DNA of 63,788 bases, from positions 2,202,020 to 2,265,807 of the forward strand of contig NC_057756.1 of the NCBI RefSeq assembly GCF_004010195.1, given 5' to 3'. The stretch is from Chiloscyllium plagiosum. Its lineage: Eukaryota. The notes beneath the pieces were generated by a model that worked only from the letters and a program-made list of their open reading frames with translations, made no database searches and had not been told where the DNA came from. Shown piece after piece: positions 37,635 to 51,859 of this stretch (the first letter of the stretch is position 1; the number at the start of each line of letters is the position of its first letter). A program made the translations under genes and the position numbers.

Positions 37635-40565
37635 GATGTTACGAGCACTGTGTGCTAACAGGAACAGCTTGTGAAGTATCTCTTTTTAAGTTCAAACAAT
37701 ATACACGGCCTGGATATTTGTGGCCCGCTCTCAGATACATAGATGTCTACATTTTTTGAGCTGAGCTGCTGATGACTGAAGAAGTAGAAGCTATTTTCCC
37801 CTCTCTCGATAACACTCAGAAGCACGGGTTTCTCTTCTTACTGAGGGTAATACATTCTTGAAAATCTGGTTAGCGAATCAGCAGCGTTGACATAGGGTGT
37901 GTTTAAGGAATGTTCCGATTTTGGAACAGTTGATTAGTAATGGTTTCTGCATCTATTACTCTGCTCTTTTTCCAATGAAGTAAGTTACTCTAAGTTTTTT
38001 TTTCGTTGCAATTCAACTGAAGTGTTTTAATACATAGGGTTTTGCTCAACTTAGATTAGTTTGAACAACCAAATTGCATGTTACATTTGCTTTTAAAATA
38101 AGAAAACAGTTAGCATTTATGCTACATTCTGAAATATTCTGAGGTCTGGGCTCGGCCATAACAAATTGGGATCTTTTGTCGGCAACAACATATCTAAATC
38201 CAAGTTGGGTTTAGGATTACTGGACTCAAAGACAACAAGTGTTTTATTTTGATGCATTTTCTTAATTGTTTTGAGTTCGGTTGGTTTAAATAAGATACAT
38301 CTTATGTCGTACATCTTAGTCATTGAGAGATTCCTTGGGTTGAAGAATTCACGTCAGAGACTTACAAAAAAGACATTTGGAATAAGCACAAGAGCTGGAG
38401 TTAGAGTTGGCTTCTGATACACGAAAAAAAGGACGATAACTGCAGTAATAGCACGCATTTACGATTGGAAGAAGTGCCAACAAAATCTTTGGATATGGCT
38501 AAAATTCAGAAAGACAAGTACTTGCAAAAAAACTGAGTAGTCTCAAGAGAAGAATAACAGGAAGAGAGAGGAGTAAAGTAGAAAGGGTTCGACATGCAGA
38601 AATTGGGAATTAGAGACGAAAATTCAATTAAAATTACGAACGTGAGAGTTAAGGCAGGCTGACTGAGGACAATTGTATTGGTGAGCAAACCCATCATAGC
38701 CAAAATCCTGTTCCAATATGTCCAAGCGTTGTATCGTTTCGACGAGAAGTATGCATATAACCTTTCTTCAAAATTTCATTTGAGAAACTGGCGAAAATAA
38801 TAAAATAGCCCGCAAATATATCGGTATTTTGACCCACATAAAGTTGGTAGGTCGAGCGAGTGAGGTATTCTCATCACTATCAGATCAGGGATCTTGAGAT
38901 TGTATTAAGGTGAAGAATGTGATCTAATGCGAATATGAACTCATGTCAGAAGATGATCAATGACTGTTCTACAATCTAATGATAGATCCTCCTCACAACA
39001 TAGTAATTCTGTTCATTGGATAAGCGCAGTGAAAATAGATGAAGTGAACGATGTTATGAGACATTTATTTTTGGAAAGTTAAAAAAGAACCACATCCTGG
39101 AATGTTGAGTACTCACGTGAAAGAGAAAGAAGTTAACACTGCAAGTATTGCAGTGTAAAAGCAGATGATAATCATTTATTTCAAAACATAGAATTTGGTT
39201 TCTGGCATCAATTTCAGTCTTAGTGCGATAGAAATAAATCGAAATCGACATATGGTGAAAGTGAAAGATAGTTAAGACAGTTATGATAATGTAACACAGA
39301 AATGTTTGAGACTAAACAATGCAATACAAAATTTGAATTGATTTGACAAAATTTAACAGTGAAGAAACAAGAAGCGAAAAAGAAATCAAAGTTCATAATT
39401 TAGCTAGTGGAGATAAAAAGTTAATGTTAATTCCTCTGTTAGGTAAACATTTATAAGCATGGTTGGACAAAGGTTCACCTATGCTAAATTGAGGATTCAT
39501 CGATCTGCCTGATTTGTCATCGCAGACTTTTCTCCCTGACAAATAGCCAAATTTGAAAAAAAAAATGTTACAGGGTGTGACTCCCAAGGATGCCAATGTC
39601 AAAGGAACTCTTTACATTGAAGCTTTCAGCGTGCTCCGTTAGCTTGTACTTTCAAATAAACCCGTTGTACTGTACTATGGAGTTGTGTGATTTTAGACTT
39701 AGCCCACGCGAGGCTAATGCAGGCACCTCCATATTCGAGAATAATTGCAGGGTATGTTTACCCAATACAGTGAAGAGAATTTCGGCTTTCATGGCAGGAA
39801 TGTTCTGTACCATTTTATAGTCATGCCATTTGATGTGAAACATGTGCCAGCCAAATTTGGAAGATTAATCATCTCGGGATTATCCAATTATGGGGTGAAC
39901 CTCAACGAACTGGTGAATTTTAATCCCACATAAAATGGATATTCATAGTAAATATCAAACTATTTAATTTACTTCGGGAGGCATCCTTTGTTCTCAGTTA
40001 GTTTGCGATTGAGTATGCAAAACCCCAAGTCACCTGGCAGGACTATATTATTGCACATGCATGTATCACCCAATGGATAGGAAACCGAACGTTATTGCGG
40101 TGTTTCCGATATCATCGAGGAAGAGGGCAAACCACGATTCCAGTGATTTAATTGTGTTTTATCACAAGTTTGCATTAAATTTTAACTGGCCCTACAACTA
40201 ATTTAATGATTATGTGCAGATAATTTTATTGTTTGGAGGAGCATCAAAAGGCATTTGACAGTCTGAAAACTGTGTAAAGACTGTGTCAGTGTTAGTCTTT
40301 CAAATCGAGTAAAGCCATTAAAAGTGCCGATTGATGCTGTCGTTGAGAGTGCTGGTGATGAAATTCTTCAATAAAACGGCAAGAAGTTAGAAAACGTATT
40401 AGTCTTTTTGTGCAGAAAGTTGTAAAATCATCACGAGTAATATGGAAAATTTGGAAACATAGAACTTGAATTTGGTGTTGGTGTTGCATCATTTCAACAG
40501 ATATATTGCCAGTGATGTGCCTGTAACAATCGCATTGACTGTTCATAACCCCTAATAATCCCTTG
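37635..40565 (+). mobile_element. Internally deleted Gmr1-like Gypsy: LTR (to 38163), gag, RT/RNase H
   Basis: LTR end GGCCATAACA; ISFEKLAK gag remnant; VMPFDVKHVPAKFGRLI RT motif (~39820). Confidence 0.85.
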
Positions 40566-40569
40566 TTCA

Positions 40570-41780
40570 AGAATAGGGATTACCCTGAGAATTGCACACG
40601 GTCAGTTTACATCAAATTTTTGAAGATCATTCTGAAAGGCAGCATTTCTGACTATTTGGCAAAACGCTTACCTTGTTTAGAGATAGTCAACATGCCTTTT
40701 TGATGGGTGGTCTTGCTTCACAAGTATAACTTAACTTTTTGTGGATGTGACAAAACTCATTGGTAAAGGTAGAACAGTGAATGTAGTGTATGTAACTATT
40801 TGCAAGGTGTTTGATAAGGTTCCTTACGAGAGACTTATTCAGTGAGTAATGACGCATGGAATAAGTAGAACTTTTGCTGTATGGATACATACTTGGATGG
40901 CCAAGAGAAGACAGCAAATGCTGCAGATGGAAGGTATTCAGCCTTGAGCTAGATGGCCAATTGTGGTTCGCAGGATTCTGTTCTGGGGCCTCTGCTCTTT
41001 GTGGGTTTTATAAAAGACTTGCAGGAAGAAATAGAAGGTTGGGTTAGTAAGGGTGCCAATGAAACGAATGTCGCTGGAGTTGTGGAGGGCTGTTGTAGTT
41101 TGCAACATGACATTAGCAGTTTGCATACTTCGGTGGAGAGGTGGCAGCTGGAATTTGAGCTGGAAAAGTGTGAATTGGTTCAATTTGGGAAATCGAATTT
41201 GAATGCAGAATAAAAGGTTGAGGCAGGATTCTTGGAACTGTGAAGCAACAGAGGAATAATTGGTTGAACGTCCACAGTTGCCTCAAGGTTACCACGCAAG
41301 TTGATTGTGTTATTTAGAAGGGGTATAATGTGTTGTCCATCATTAGTACGGTGGTTTAGTTTAAGAGCAGCAAGGTTTTGCTGCGAGTCTGTAAAGTCTT
41401 GGTGAAATTACACTTGCAATATTGTGTTCAGACCTGCTCGTCTCATTAAAGTAAGCAAATAGAAGCTGTAGAAAGGATACAGAGGATGTTTGCCAGGATG
41501 CTTCCTGGACTGTAGGGCATGTTTTACGAAGAATGAGTGAAGGAGCAAGGGCTTCATTCATTGTCGTGAAGGAGAATGACAGTTGACATCATAGATGTGT
41601 ACAAGATAATGAGAGGCATATATACAATGAATAGACAGAGACTTATTCCCAAAGCATAAGTAGCTACAACAGGAAGGGTGAAGGGGCGTGAGGGCACGGG
41701 GGAATAATTTGAAAGTGATTGGAGAGATGTCAAGGCAGGTTCTTTACACAGTATATAAAGGACATTCCAGCAACGAAAGG
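40570..41780 (+). mobile_element. Old CR1 LINE 3' part
   Basis: ORF 40953-41213: SQDSVLGPLLFV..WVSKGANET..WQLEF. Confidence 0.9.
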
Positions 41781-43199
41781 TACAAATGCACTTTTTCTGG
41801 CACGAAGACTCAACTAGAGGGGAAAAAAACTCGCAGTAGTTTGTCATTCGGGAATATTAATAGAGAAAAATATGTTATAATTGTACATTAAGACTACAGT
41901 AAAACTCCACTGCTACTTGACTAAGTCACATATTCCTTACAGATTATAATTTTCTCATCACTGCGGCAAGCTGCATTTGTTGCCTTGGGCGAGGCCAATT
42001 AATTATTTTTAATAAGTATTTAAATCCTATGTGCATAGCAAATGAAATACTGAATATAATGCTCTGCCAAATGTCAAACATGAATAAATCCTTATTTTGA
42101 CTTGTGAAGGAAAACGAAGGCAAAGAGAACGTGTCTCCGATTGATTGGGGAGGCCAATTCCTTCCATCATGAACCCCATGTTGGAAAGCAAAATATCAAA
42201 TAAAAATGTCTCGATGTGTTTGATTATATTGTTTAATTCACAATGCATTTGGCGCTCTAAAGTCTTAAATGTCACAAACGAAGGTGAATTAATTAACTGG
42301 AAATTGAATGCTGGAAATGTCAATGTATCAAGGCAATAATTATAAACCAGATATGTTTTTTTTAACCATCAAGAGGGAATCACGTATGCAGAATAATATT
42401 CATGTTACAGAAACATAAGAAGAAAGTAGAAAGTCAAATTCAGTATGGATTAAACAATACATGCAAGTGCATCTAGACACCAGTTTTTCTTCGATATTTA
42501 ATTAGTCAATTTGCGCTATATCAGAATAAAGTATTGGCCCAAGTAAATATCTCCGAAATAGAAAGCTGTACGTTCAAGGGATTTTAACTGTTGCAATTTT
42601 AGAACTCATGTTGAAGATGCAATACATTAGATCTAACACAATACTTTCACACTGTCATGATATTGTCACTTCCGTGCTGATTCTTGCAAAATGTCTATTG
42701 ACTAAGTTTATCAACTGAACTGTTGATCTACGGAGAGAGGAACAGAGGGATTCACTAGTGTATGAAATTTAATCGGTGCTATATATACAATTAGATGAAA
42801 GAAAGATTTTCTTCCAGTGTTTTAATGACTTTTCAGATTTCTGGTGCAAACACATTTTGATTGTAAAGTATTGTACAAGTTTCCCATTGATGGGCTAACA
42901 AATAAAGGAGAACATAAAATCATTAGCATGCACAAGTGGAAAACTTGTATTTTTGGAAATCAAGATTAGTATTGAGTAAACCTAAAATAAGTAGAAAATA
43001 TATACAACTTTTATAATGATAATAAACTTGTGCCTGATGTATAGGATGCCATAACACGTTATGTTCCAGAACAGAAAAGTCTCATTGAAATGTTTCCCTT
43101 TTCAAAATATCAATACAAAACATATTTTCTTTAGCACAACAGCAAGAAAGAACCATGGATTATAGGAACGGAGAACAATTCCTATCGAAGAAACAGATA

Positions 43200-44350
43200 A
43201 TAACACAGCCATTTACCACTGCAACATAAATGCCTTGGCTCGAGGATAAATAATGTAAACCCGCTATGAGGAAAGGAGGTAGACAGACAACAGAGAAGGA
43301 GAGGCTCTTTAAACTGGTATTATACAAAAAGAAAATGCTGGAGCATATAAGAAAATATCTAATAAAAGAGCATTAGAGAAACAGTGATGCATTTGCATAG
43401 AGTCCACATTGATTTGACAACAGCAGTCACACTTGACCAATATATCAGAAATTTTGCCGGATGCAATTACTTAAGTTAATCGCGTAAAGCAGCAGATCTG
43501 ATTTACTTGGGCTTTCTGGGGCTTTGCAGAAGGTTTCACTTAAGTGATTATGAAGTAAAACTAAAGTACAATTATGGCAGTCGCCTACTAAAATGGTAGA
43601 TAATTGACTGAGAGATAGGAAACAACAAAATATGATAAAAAAACACCAATTTCTGAGTGCTAGACAGCAATTAATAGGCCACCACAGTGATCACTAAATG
43701 TAAACCACCAGTGTGCAGACTGCACAAAGCTGGAGCGAGGTGAACAGTGAGGAGGATTAATAAATGCTTCAGTGTAATTTTGAAAATTTCAAGCAGTAAA
43801 AATACGTTTGGCAGATAACGTATAATGTGAATAACAGCAATGTTATCTACTTTTGTATCAAAAGACGCGAGTGTCCTTGTGCACCATTTGCTGCAAGTAA
43901 ACACATTGGCGAAGTTGAACATCAAAAATACAAACATTATGTTTTTTAAGAAGAAAACTTGAGTGTTGAAGCAACAATGTCTTTCAGCTCTTTTACGCAG
44001 TTTATTTGGAAGAAATTAGGGATCATTGTTTATCCCTTTCATCTGTGCATCAGAGGAAAAGTTGAGACTTGGTGTTTTATGGATGTACAGAATTGAAGAA
44101 AGGGCATTTGGCTGGTGAAATCCTTGTACTTCAAAACCAACAGCGAATCATGTTAAAACTATTTTCAAGCACTTACGCAATAACTTTACATGGCTATGCA
44201 TCGCAAGTGCTCATTTAAGCCCTTCGTAAATGATCAAAATTTTGTTCTTCTACTACCCTTTAGCCAATGAGTTCCAGGTCGTCACTACACTTTTAAAAAA
44301 AAAAATCCTTTTGGCATCCCCTCTCCTCTGAACCTTCAGCAACTTACCAT
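43200..44350. mobile_element. Very decayed CR1 fragments (plus ~43200-44050; minus 3' end ~44070-44350)
   Basis: Weak YLGF..AF and CR1 3' UTR remnants. Confidence 0.55.
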
Positions 44351-44679
44351 CTGATGCCATTTTAGTTTTAAGATGTTAATTATGCCCTTTCTTTATTGCA
44401 AAGGACGTTTCAGACAGAAGTCTGTTCAAAACCATTAAAGGAATCAACTCGTAAAATCTCGGTTTTCGTGTATTTTAATTGTATGAATAGAAACAGCCCA
44501 AACGTGAATGGTCAATCGCCCACAGAACCAGGATGTTAATTTTACATTTCTGCAGGTGCTGGACTCCGGGCCTGGAATGTGGAAGTTCTTATTCCTCTTG
44601 CTGTTACAGCTAAATGTGGGGGTTCTCGCCCGGCTAATAAAATGGAACATTAAAAATAAAACAATTTTACTCATTTTAC

Positions 44680-44970
44680 CTTTTCCAAGAATACGTTTAT
44701 GGGATGTTACGGCATTGAAACAATTATTTAAATGCATAATTTAGCTCAACATTCGGACAGAGAGACAGTTAAGTCAACTGTTTCGTTTTATTTTTATTTT
44801 GTCTTTATCTTAAACGTAGTGCAATAATGAGCAAGTTTTGCTTAAAGCTGAGTAGTTTGAGAAATCGTATTAATTTGGAAAGCAATCCTTTACCCTTACT
44901 TTAAAATAGGGAAACTTTGGGCTCTAGGCGACATTCTTGATATGTGTTAAGATGTTTCGCCACGGATAAT
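44680..44970 (+). mobile_element. Gypsy LTR 3' fragment
   Basis: TTTATGGGATGTTAC...GTTTTGCTTAA..GAGTAGTTTGA as in other LTRs here. Confidence 0.65.
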
Positions 44971-44989
44971 AACCAATATCAATCTACTT

Positions 44990-45740
44990 TTCCTCATCAC
45001 TGGTCTGTCCGTCAGTCTGAAATAGATTTTTTAAAATCGTTTTAGCCCCTTCTTACCTCTGATAATTCAATGCATCTCATTCATGTTCACTCTGAAATTT
45101 GTCTGCTTTATGGAAAATAACAGTCTGTTCGATTTCTTCTCAAAACTGGAAGTTTGCACTTTGCCAACATCATAGTAAAGCGACTGGGTAGTCTATCCAG
45201 TCCTTCAAACTGTGTGGATTCCAGAACTGCACACAGTTGTCTAGTTGTGAACTAAGCTCACTTTCATATTGTTGGAGTGGAATGAATGTGTATACTTCTC
45301 AGGACAGAAATATGCGCGAATTGTGAGGGAACTTGAACAGCTAGGAATATACTCACTAGATTTTCAATGGAATGTGAGTGCCTCATAAAATTCTAAAATG
45401 AGTTTGCAGTGTAAACGCAATTCAGGGAGCCGATTAATGGAAAGTCCCGAAAAAGTGACACTGCCTCAAGATTGGTCCTTTAAAGGCATGATTAATATGA
45501 TCTATATTTAAGCAAAATGGTGAGACTTTGCAGTTTTCTGCCACAGCAAGATTTTGTGGTCAAGACTCTCAATATTTTCAAAAATAGTCCTGCGGGCTAG
45601 AGAAGTTTGATGGTAACTGATGAAAGCAGGAACATCCTCTGGAGGAACATAATAGCTATGATCACACTGATGGCAGAGCAAGCTGGAAGTTCTGTGTGAA
45701 GCTATGTTGCTTTATTTCCTTTCTTCCACGGTTCTTTTGA
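44990..45740. mobile_element. Very decayed CR1 fragments in both orientations
   Basis: CCAGAACTGCACACAGT (minus) and 3' UTR-like sequence (plus). Confidence 0.5.
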
Positions 45741-46610
45741 AGAAAGCTCAGATTTGTGATATTATTTAAAAGCTGTAGACGTTTCTGAATTATGCTGTCA
45801 TTACATGCTATCCTTGAGTTTAATTATTAGTGCATGTAACAGAAAGGAAATGCATCCGTAAAGGTTCTTTTTTAAATGAATGTAACAGTTGTATTAGCGC
45901 AAACCTGGCAAAATACATTGAAAGTAAAGTGGACATCGTGCATCACCTCGGTAATTATTAATATATGTACACTCTCTGGATAAATAAACGGGACAGAAAT
46001 TGGCATAATTTATCTGTCATGGAAAGGGAATAGAGAACTGCAATTTTAAGCTTTAATTTTAGATCAAATGTAACTGGAAGAAATTGGTTTTCTGTGGATG
46101 AATATAACACTAGTGAAAATGTGTTTGCTATCCAACGTTTTAAGATATTACACCAAAACAAACTATTCAAACATAACGTTGCTTTTCAGGAGATAAAATG
46201 TTGAAACGAAACAAAAAGCTAACCAACAGACATGAAGAATCATCAATCAATATTTGCTCTGACTGGTAAACTTGCACGCATTAAAACAAATGTTCCGAAA
46301 TTCATTTGAACAGGCAATCCCAGAAACTACAAACGCACTAAGGCATTGTATACCTCTTACAAGTAAAAAAAAATGCTGTAATAGGTGCATCGATTGGCAC
46401 TTGCTTCTACGTACTTTGGAAGATTTAAATAACTGAAAAAAAAATTAATGTAAAGAAAACTTCGTGATTACAGATCCCTGTGATGCAGCATGATTTGGCA
46501 GACGATCTGATGCAAGCCTCAAGTTAGTGGTCATGAAAATAGTGAAGGGCACACATATAATTGCATTGCACATCGCAGCCGAAAGTTGGTTTAAAGTGAC
46601 ACATGCTTCT

Positions 46611-46925
46611 ATCAGATTAGATGCCCTACAGGAGGGAAACAAGCACACCAGCGCAACAGGTCTTCACGGCCCTTCCGGAGAGTAATCCATCCAGACCCAT
46701 TCCCCGACTCTTTATTTACCCCTGACTAATGCACCTAAAGCTATGGACAGTTTAGCACAGCCAGTTCACCTGACCTGCACATCACTGGCAAACGAGGGCA
46801 CCCAGAGGAAACCACACACAGAGGCGGGGAGAATGTGCAAACTGCCCCTGGTAAGGATCGATCTCGGGTCCCTGGTACTGTGAGGCAGCAATGCAAACCA
46901 TTGCGCCACCAAATCGCTCCACGCC
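46611..46925 (-). mobile_element. HE1-type V-SINE
   Basis: tRNA-like head GGTGGCGCAATGGTTTGCATTGCTGCCTCACAG on minus; V-domain. Confidence 0.92.
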
Positions 46926-47034
46926 ACACTACTGCACAGGAAACTGTTTGGATAATTTGTTGTGACTTTCAATTTATTAATTTTAGTATTTAAAAATGCA
47001 GAGTTATCAAAACATTTTCAAAGAATATATACAC

Positions 47035-49380
47035 AGGGCTTATAACCTACAGGCTGTTCGGATTTAGACGTTGTGCTGAACATGGCGCCAAAATTAATGC
47101 ATCCTTTTTGTGTGACCTTTGTCAATATATCACCTTTACTTATTTGAAATTCCCTTATTCACTAATTTCTCATTTTCCGCAACCATTCCTGGCTGCGCGA
47201 GGCAGACTCCCACCACACACCCTCTGAACTTTATGCCTCTCATTTTAAATGAACAACACTTAGTATTGGATGTTTTAATTCTGTGGAAAAAATTCCAACC
47301 ATCAAACTTGTGTATGCATCTCATAATTGTATAGTTTGCTATCAAGTTTCCCTCAACCTCCATCATTCCAGAGAAAACAACCCGAGGTTTTCTATTCTTC
47401 TGATAAAGCTCACATCATCTCATCTATTTGGAAATTCGTCTACACCTTCCCATAGCAATGATGTTCTATGCCATTAACTGCATATCTTTCCTTAACATTT
47501 CATTACCCAAAGTGCAGCACCGCACATTTAGCGGATTAAATTGTATGTGCTATTTCTCCATTCGTAACTGCAACTGCTCTTTTTCCCACTTTATCCTAAT
47601 AAATTTTCCACACTAACCAAAACTCCACTAATGTTTGCAACATCGGCAAACATGCGAACCTAGCCACCTGATCTTTCATCCAGTTGCATTTTATCTTTAA
47701 AACAGAAAAGATCCCAGTGTAGATCACTGCAAAACACCACGAGACACACAGAACTAAAATTAAAAAAATAAACCCTTCCTCGACAACATTCTTCCTTCTT
47801 ATAGCTAGCCAATCTTGAATCCAAGTTGTCAGGTCACCGTGGATCCCGAGTCTCTTAATCTCCTCCATGGCCCTCAAGTGGAGGGACCTTGTAGAAAGCC
47901 TTGTTTGCAACATATACACAACATGCACAGATCTATCATGGTTGATCACTTTTGTCACTTCTTCGAAATATTCAATCATTTTCGTGAGATATGACCTGCA
48001 CAGGACAAAGTCGTGCGGTAGATGCCATCCTAACCTCTTCAGGAGGTTCCCACACATTCAAATGAGACTCATCGGTCTGCAGTTTCCGAGGATATCCCAA
48101 CTTCCATTTTTGAAAAGAGGAACAACATTAGCTCCTCACCAGTCTTTCGGAATATCTCTAGTAGCAAGTGTTGATACAAAGATTTTGGTAAAGGACCCTG
48201 AAATCTCCAGTTTGCATTTCTCAAACCTGTCTCAGATACCCCGGGGGTGGCGAATGAGCCTGGCCAATTGACGGACTTTGCTGTGGGAGAGCATTTTGGA
48301 AACAGCAGTTACAACTCTTTCAATTTTACCATTGCAATGACAAATGCTAAGTCAGGTAATTTGGGCAGTTATTAGATTGGGGGCAACAAATCGCTTCAGT
48401 ATTGTCCAGAATCCAGGGGTCTTATTGTGAATTCCATATGTGGCAGGTGCTTAAACATCTACAGAACAGAGTTCAGGAATATCAAATCGAGGGAGGATTG
48501 AAGACAAGCATAATTAGATTAGATTAGATTCACTACAGTGTGGAACCAAGTCCTTCTGTCCAACAAGTCCACACCGACCCTCCGAAGAGTAACCCATCCA
48601 GTCTGATATCCCTCTGACTAATGCACCTAACACTATGGGTAATTTAACATGTCCAATTCGCCTGACCTGCACATCTTTGGACTGTGGAAGGAAGCCAATG
48701 CAAAATGCCCAAGCGTATTTCCACTGTTCACGCTCATCTGACTTCCTCCACATTCTTCTCCTGTACTCACTTAGAATCTCGCTAACATCCTCTGCCACTT
48801 ACCACGAGTTTCTTCATTGCCCTCAAGTTTCTCCAACCTTCTCCTGAGTTATCCTATTATTCGTTTTGTTGTTTCATGTCTACAACTAAATCCTAATTTA
48901 CTGGAACAATTTCTATTGCATGAGTGACATCTGCCAAAGATATTCTGATACATCTGACCCTGTGCTCGTGCACATCGAACCAAATAAGCAAAGCAAGCTC
49001 CATCCTGATGCTGCTGTAACAAATCTGCCCAGTGTAAGTGACTAGAATTTGAGAATGAACTAACACTGCAATAACTCTGCTACGCAAGTTCTGGGAAATG
49101 TGCACTTCTTCAGTTTCTTCCATATTTCCTCATTACTATGTTTCAATTTCAACCTTCTCCTGAGTTATCCTATTATTTTCCACGCATGTTTGTGTTGCAT
49201 TATGATTCTCTTTAACCCTAATTATCAAGGTGATTTCATGGTCGCATCTTGCTCTCCTAATTCGCTACTTGACTTCGTTCTTGCTTTCTTAATATTCCTC
49301 TCAGGCCCTATTTGATTTGAGCTTACCAATCATTATCGATAATTGTTTATTTTCTGTTGATAAAACTCACAACCTCCCTC
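47035..49380 (-). mobile_element. Old CR1 LINE, fragmented, with an inverted piece (~48250-48500), a SINE and a templated insertion inside
   Basis: ORF 47596-48057: RSYLTKMIEYFEEVTK..GIHGDLTTWIQDWL. Confidence 0.85.
48513..48700 (-). mobile_element. HE1-type V-SINE, 3' half
   Basis: (ATTAG)n tail and V-domain. Confidence 0.92.
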
Positions 49381-50721
49381 GTTATACAAGAGACCTGTAC
49401 ATAGTAATGCAGCATAGTGGTTCTGTAGTTAGCACTGCTGTCTAAAAGCACCAAGGTCGCAAGCTCAATTCCAGCATTAGACGAATGTCTGTGTGCAGTT
49501 TGCCCATTCTCCCCAAGTTAATTGGAACTTCACATCAGTTGACAAAGGATACTCGCATTTTTTGTAGCTGTAATATTCCTAACTGGTTTATGATTGTTCT
49601 TAACTTCTGTTTATGCCAATTAGTTGTCAAAAATATTCGCTTTCCTTTGATTTTTTTTTATTTCTTCAATCTCAGTAAGCACGTGTACTCTCAATAACGT
49701 ACTCACGAATTTTTACATAACACAAAATGCATTGGAATAAATAATCCATTTATCTCTAATACTTGAATATGACTTTTGCATGCTTCCTTTATTTTGACCC
49801 AAACTCCTCGTGTATACATTTTATATTTTCTGATTAATAGTTCTAATCTGTAAAAAGCACAGCTGCCCCAGTGTCTATTTGTGGTTTGCACTGCTCGATC
49901 CAGACTGATGCTGTATCCCACAGGTGAGCGAGGGGCCATTGCTTTCTGAAGGGATCTTTGGATTTTTGAAAACTGCTCAATGATGTTCAGCAATTGTTTA
50001 TTCGTTGTAACTCTTAGTCATCAGCAGCTTGAAATGCACATCATTAATTCACTTAATCTTTGTATTCTAAATCGTTTACCCAACTAGTCATATTATAAAT
50101 ATTCCCATTTATCATAACTGAAATAATTCATGTTTTCAATTTTGCAAAATTCAGTGCAATGGTCGCGTGCCTACCTATTATAGCGAATTTATTGTCTCAC
50201 CTTCATGATCTTCCATTGTGGTTTGCCCTCTCCTCTACAGATATTACTTTACTTTCCGTTCAGTTTCGAGTCAGATGGCCTTTTTGCCAAATGTTCAGAA
50301 GTGCTGAATGTAACTAGTCCTGTCATCAGAATAGATTAATGTGAAGGAAGAAGGCCATCGTTATACATCTCAAGGAACACCTTTGAAGAATCTTCAAAAT
50401 TCCGATTCTCATAATCAATAGCCCTCTCTTCGTTTTGTTGTTTCATGTCTACAACTAAATCCTAATTTACTGGAACAATTTCTATTGCATGAGTGACATC
50501 TGCCAAAGATATTCTGATACATCTGACCCTGTGCTCGTGCACATCGAACCAAATAAGCAAAGCAAGCTCCATCCTGATGCTGCTGTAACAAATCTGCCCA
50601 GTGTAAGTGACTAGAATTTGAGAATGAACTAACACTGCAATAACTCTGCTACGCAAGTTCTGGGAAATGTGCACTTCTTCAGTTTCTTCCATATTTCCTC
50701 ATTACTATGTTTCAATTTCAA
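48834..50721 (+). repeat. Complex local duplication X-Y-X-B-Y (Y = 293 bp, X = 28 bp)
   Basis: Y at 48860-49152 and 50429-50721 (identical ORF in track); X at 48834-48861 and 49150-49177. Confidence 0.97.
49405..49520 (+). mobile_element. V-SINE 5' head fragment
   Basis: GTAGTTAGCACTGCTG..TCTGTGTGCAGTTTGCCCATTCTCCCC. Confidence 0.75.
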
Positions 50722-51209
50722 AGTGGATAGCCTTTCTAAAAACGTTAGCTTGGCCTCCAACCTCAGTGGTATGCAAATCATCGGTATATGTGCGGGATGG
50801 GTAGAGATATAAGTAATATAGGGTATCGGTGGTGCAGTTCGACGCGCTCCTCTCCCAGGCAGCTATTAACATGGTAACTCGTAAAGCTAAGGTCGCAGAA
50901 ACGTATTCAAGCTTGACTGAAGCAGCATGATCGTATGACAGCAGCCCAAACCCTCGGCTGCAAATACATTCTGTGGTTCCTTCTACAAGTGCACGCCAGT
51001 CAATTTCATGTCTGCCTACCCAAGACGGAGGGTCTTCTCAATGCGTTTCAAATCCCCCTAACACTGACAAGTCCAGCGTAGTGTTAATCATTCTCTGGTT
51101 CGTTAATGTTCATTTACACATTTAATAGTTCTACTTCAGCTCGGAGGAGTAATGTTAAGGCCTTATCTTTCTTAGGTTTGTTTTCTGTATTCTCGGAAGG
51201 AATATGAGA

Positions 51210-51562
51210 GGCAATGGGCACGTGGTATTATTACTGCATTGTAAAAATAGAAACCCAGGGAATGTTCTGGAGACCCAGCTTCAAATTCCAACATGACATT
51301 TGGTCGAATTTGAATTCAATAAGTATCTGGAATTAAGAGTAGACTGAGTACTGTGAATCCATTGTCAATTGTTGGAAGACACCCTCTGGTTCACTGATGT
51401 CTTTTCTGGAAGGAAACTGTCATCCTGACCTGATCTGGCCTACATTGTAATTCCAGATGCACAGAAATGTGATTGACTCTTAACTGCTTGCTGGGCAATT
51501 AGGGGTGTACAATAAATGCTAGCCTAGCCAACGATGCCCTCATTTCGTAAATGAATGAAAAC
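51210..51562 (+). mobile_element. tRNA-derived SINE of a second, non-HE1 family
   Basis: TCTGGTTCACTGATGTC..GGAAGGAAACTG..CTGGCCTACA..AATAAATGCTAGCCTAGCC core; TGAATGAA tail. Confidence 0.8.
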
Positions 51563-51859
51563 AATCTTTGCTTGCATCTGTGGGAGTCAATTTTCTTGAA
51601 TGATTAGGTCAAGTAAGTACTCATTTCTATTTGTTAAAAAAATGAGTGAGGTGCACCGAAGGTGCTCAATCTAATTATTCCTCTGTTGTCATTGCCATCA
51701 TTATACAATTAGTCGGATCATGAGTAGGCACGTTTCCAAGATGCATGACTCAAAAAAAAACACCCACAATGGAATACTCTAGACCAGTATTTATGGTCTG
51801 GTACTTGGCTGCTGTGCTAACGTAAACCTTCTGCACACACATCAATTACATTCACTTCT

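Larger units (their letters stand above)
44556..46610 (+). pseudogene. Decayed IgSF gene: leader exon (ATG 44577) and V exon ~46263-46610 cut by a SINE
   Basis: TTTCTGCAG|..MWKFLFLLLLQLNVGVLA; V: ETTNALRHC..16 aa..IDW..SDASLKLVVMK(1-nt del)NSEGHTYNCI; Cys-Cys ~72 codons. Confidence 0.5.

Noticed and set aside
41943..42175. Possible TM exon and terminal exon
   Set aside because: An acceptor is present but there is no clear donor or linked ectodomain
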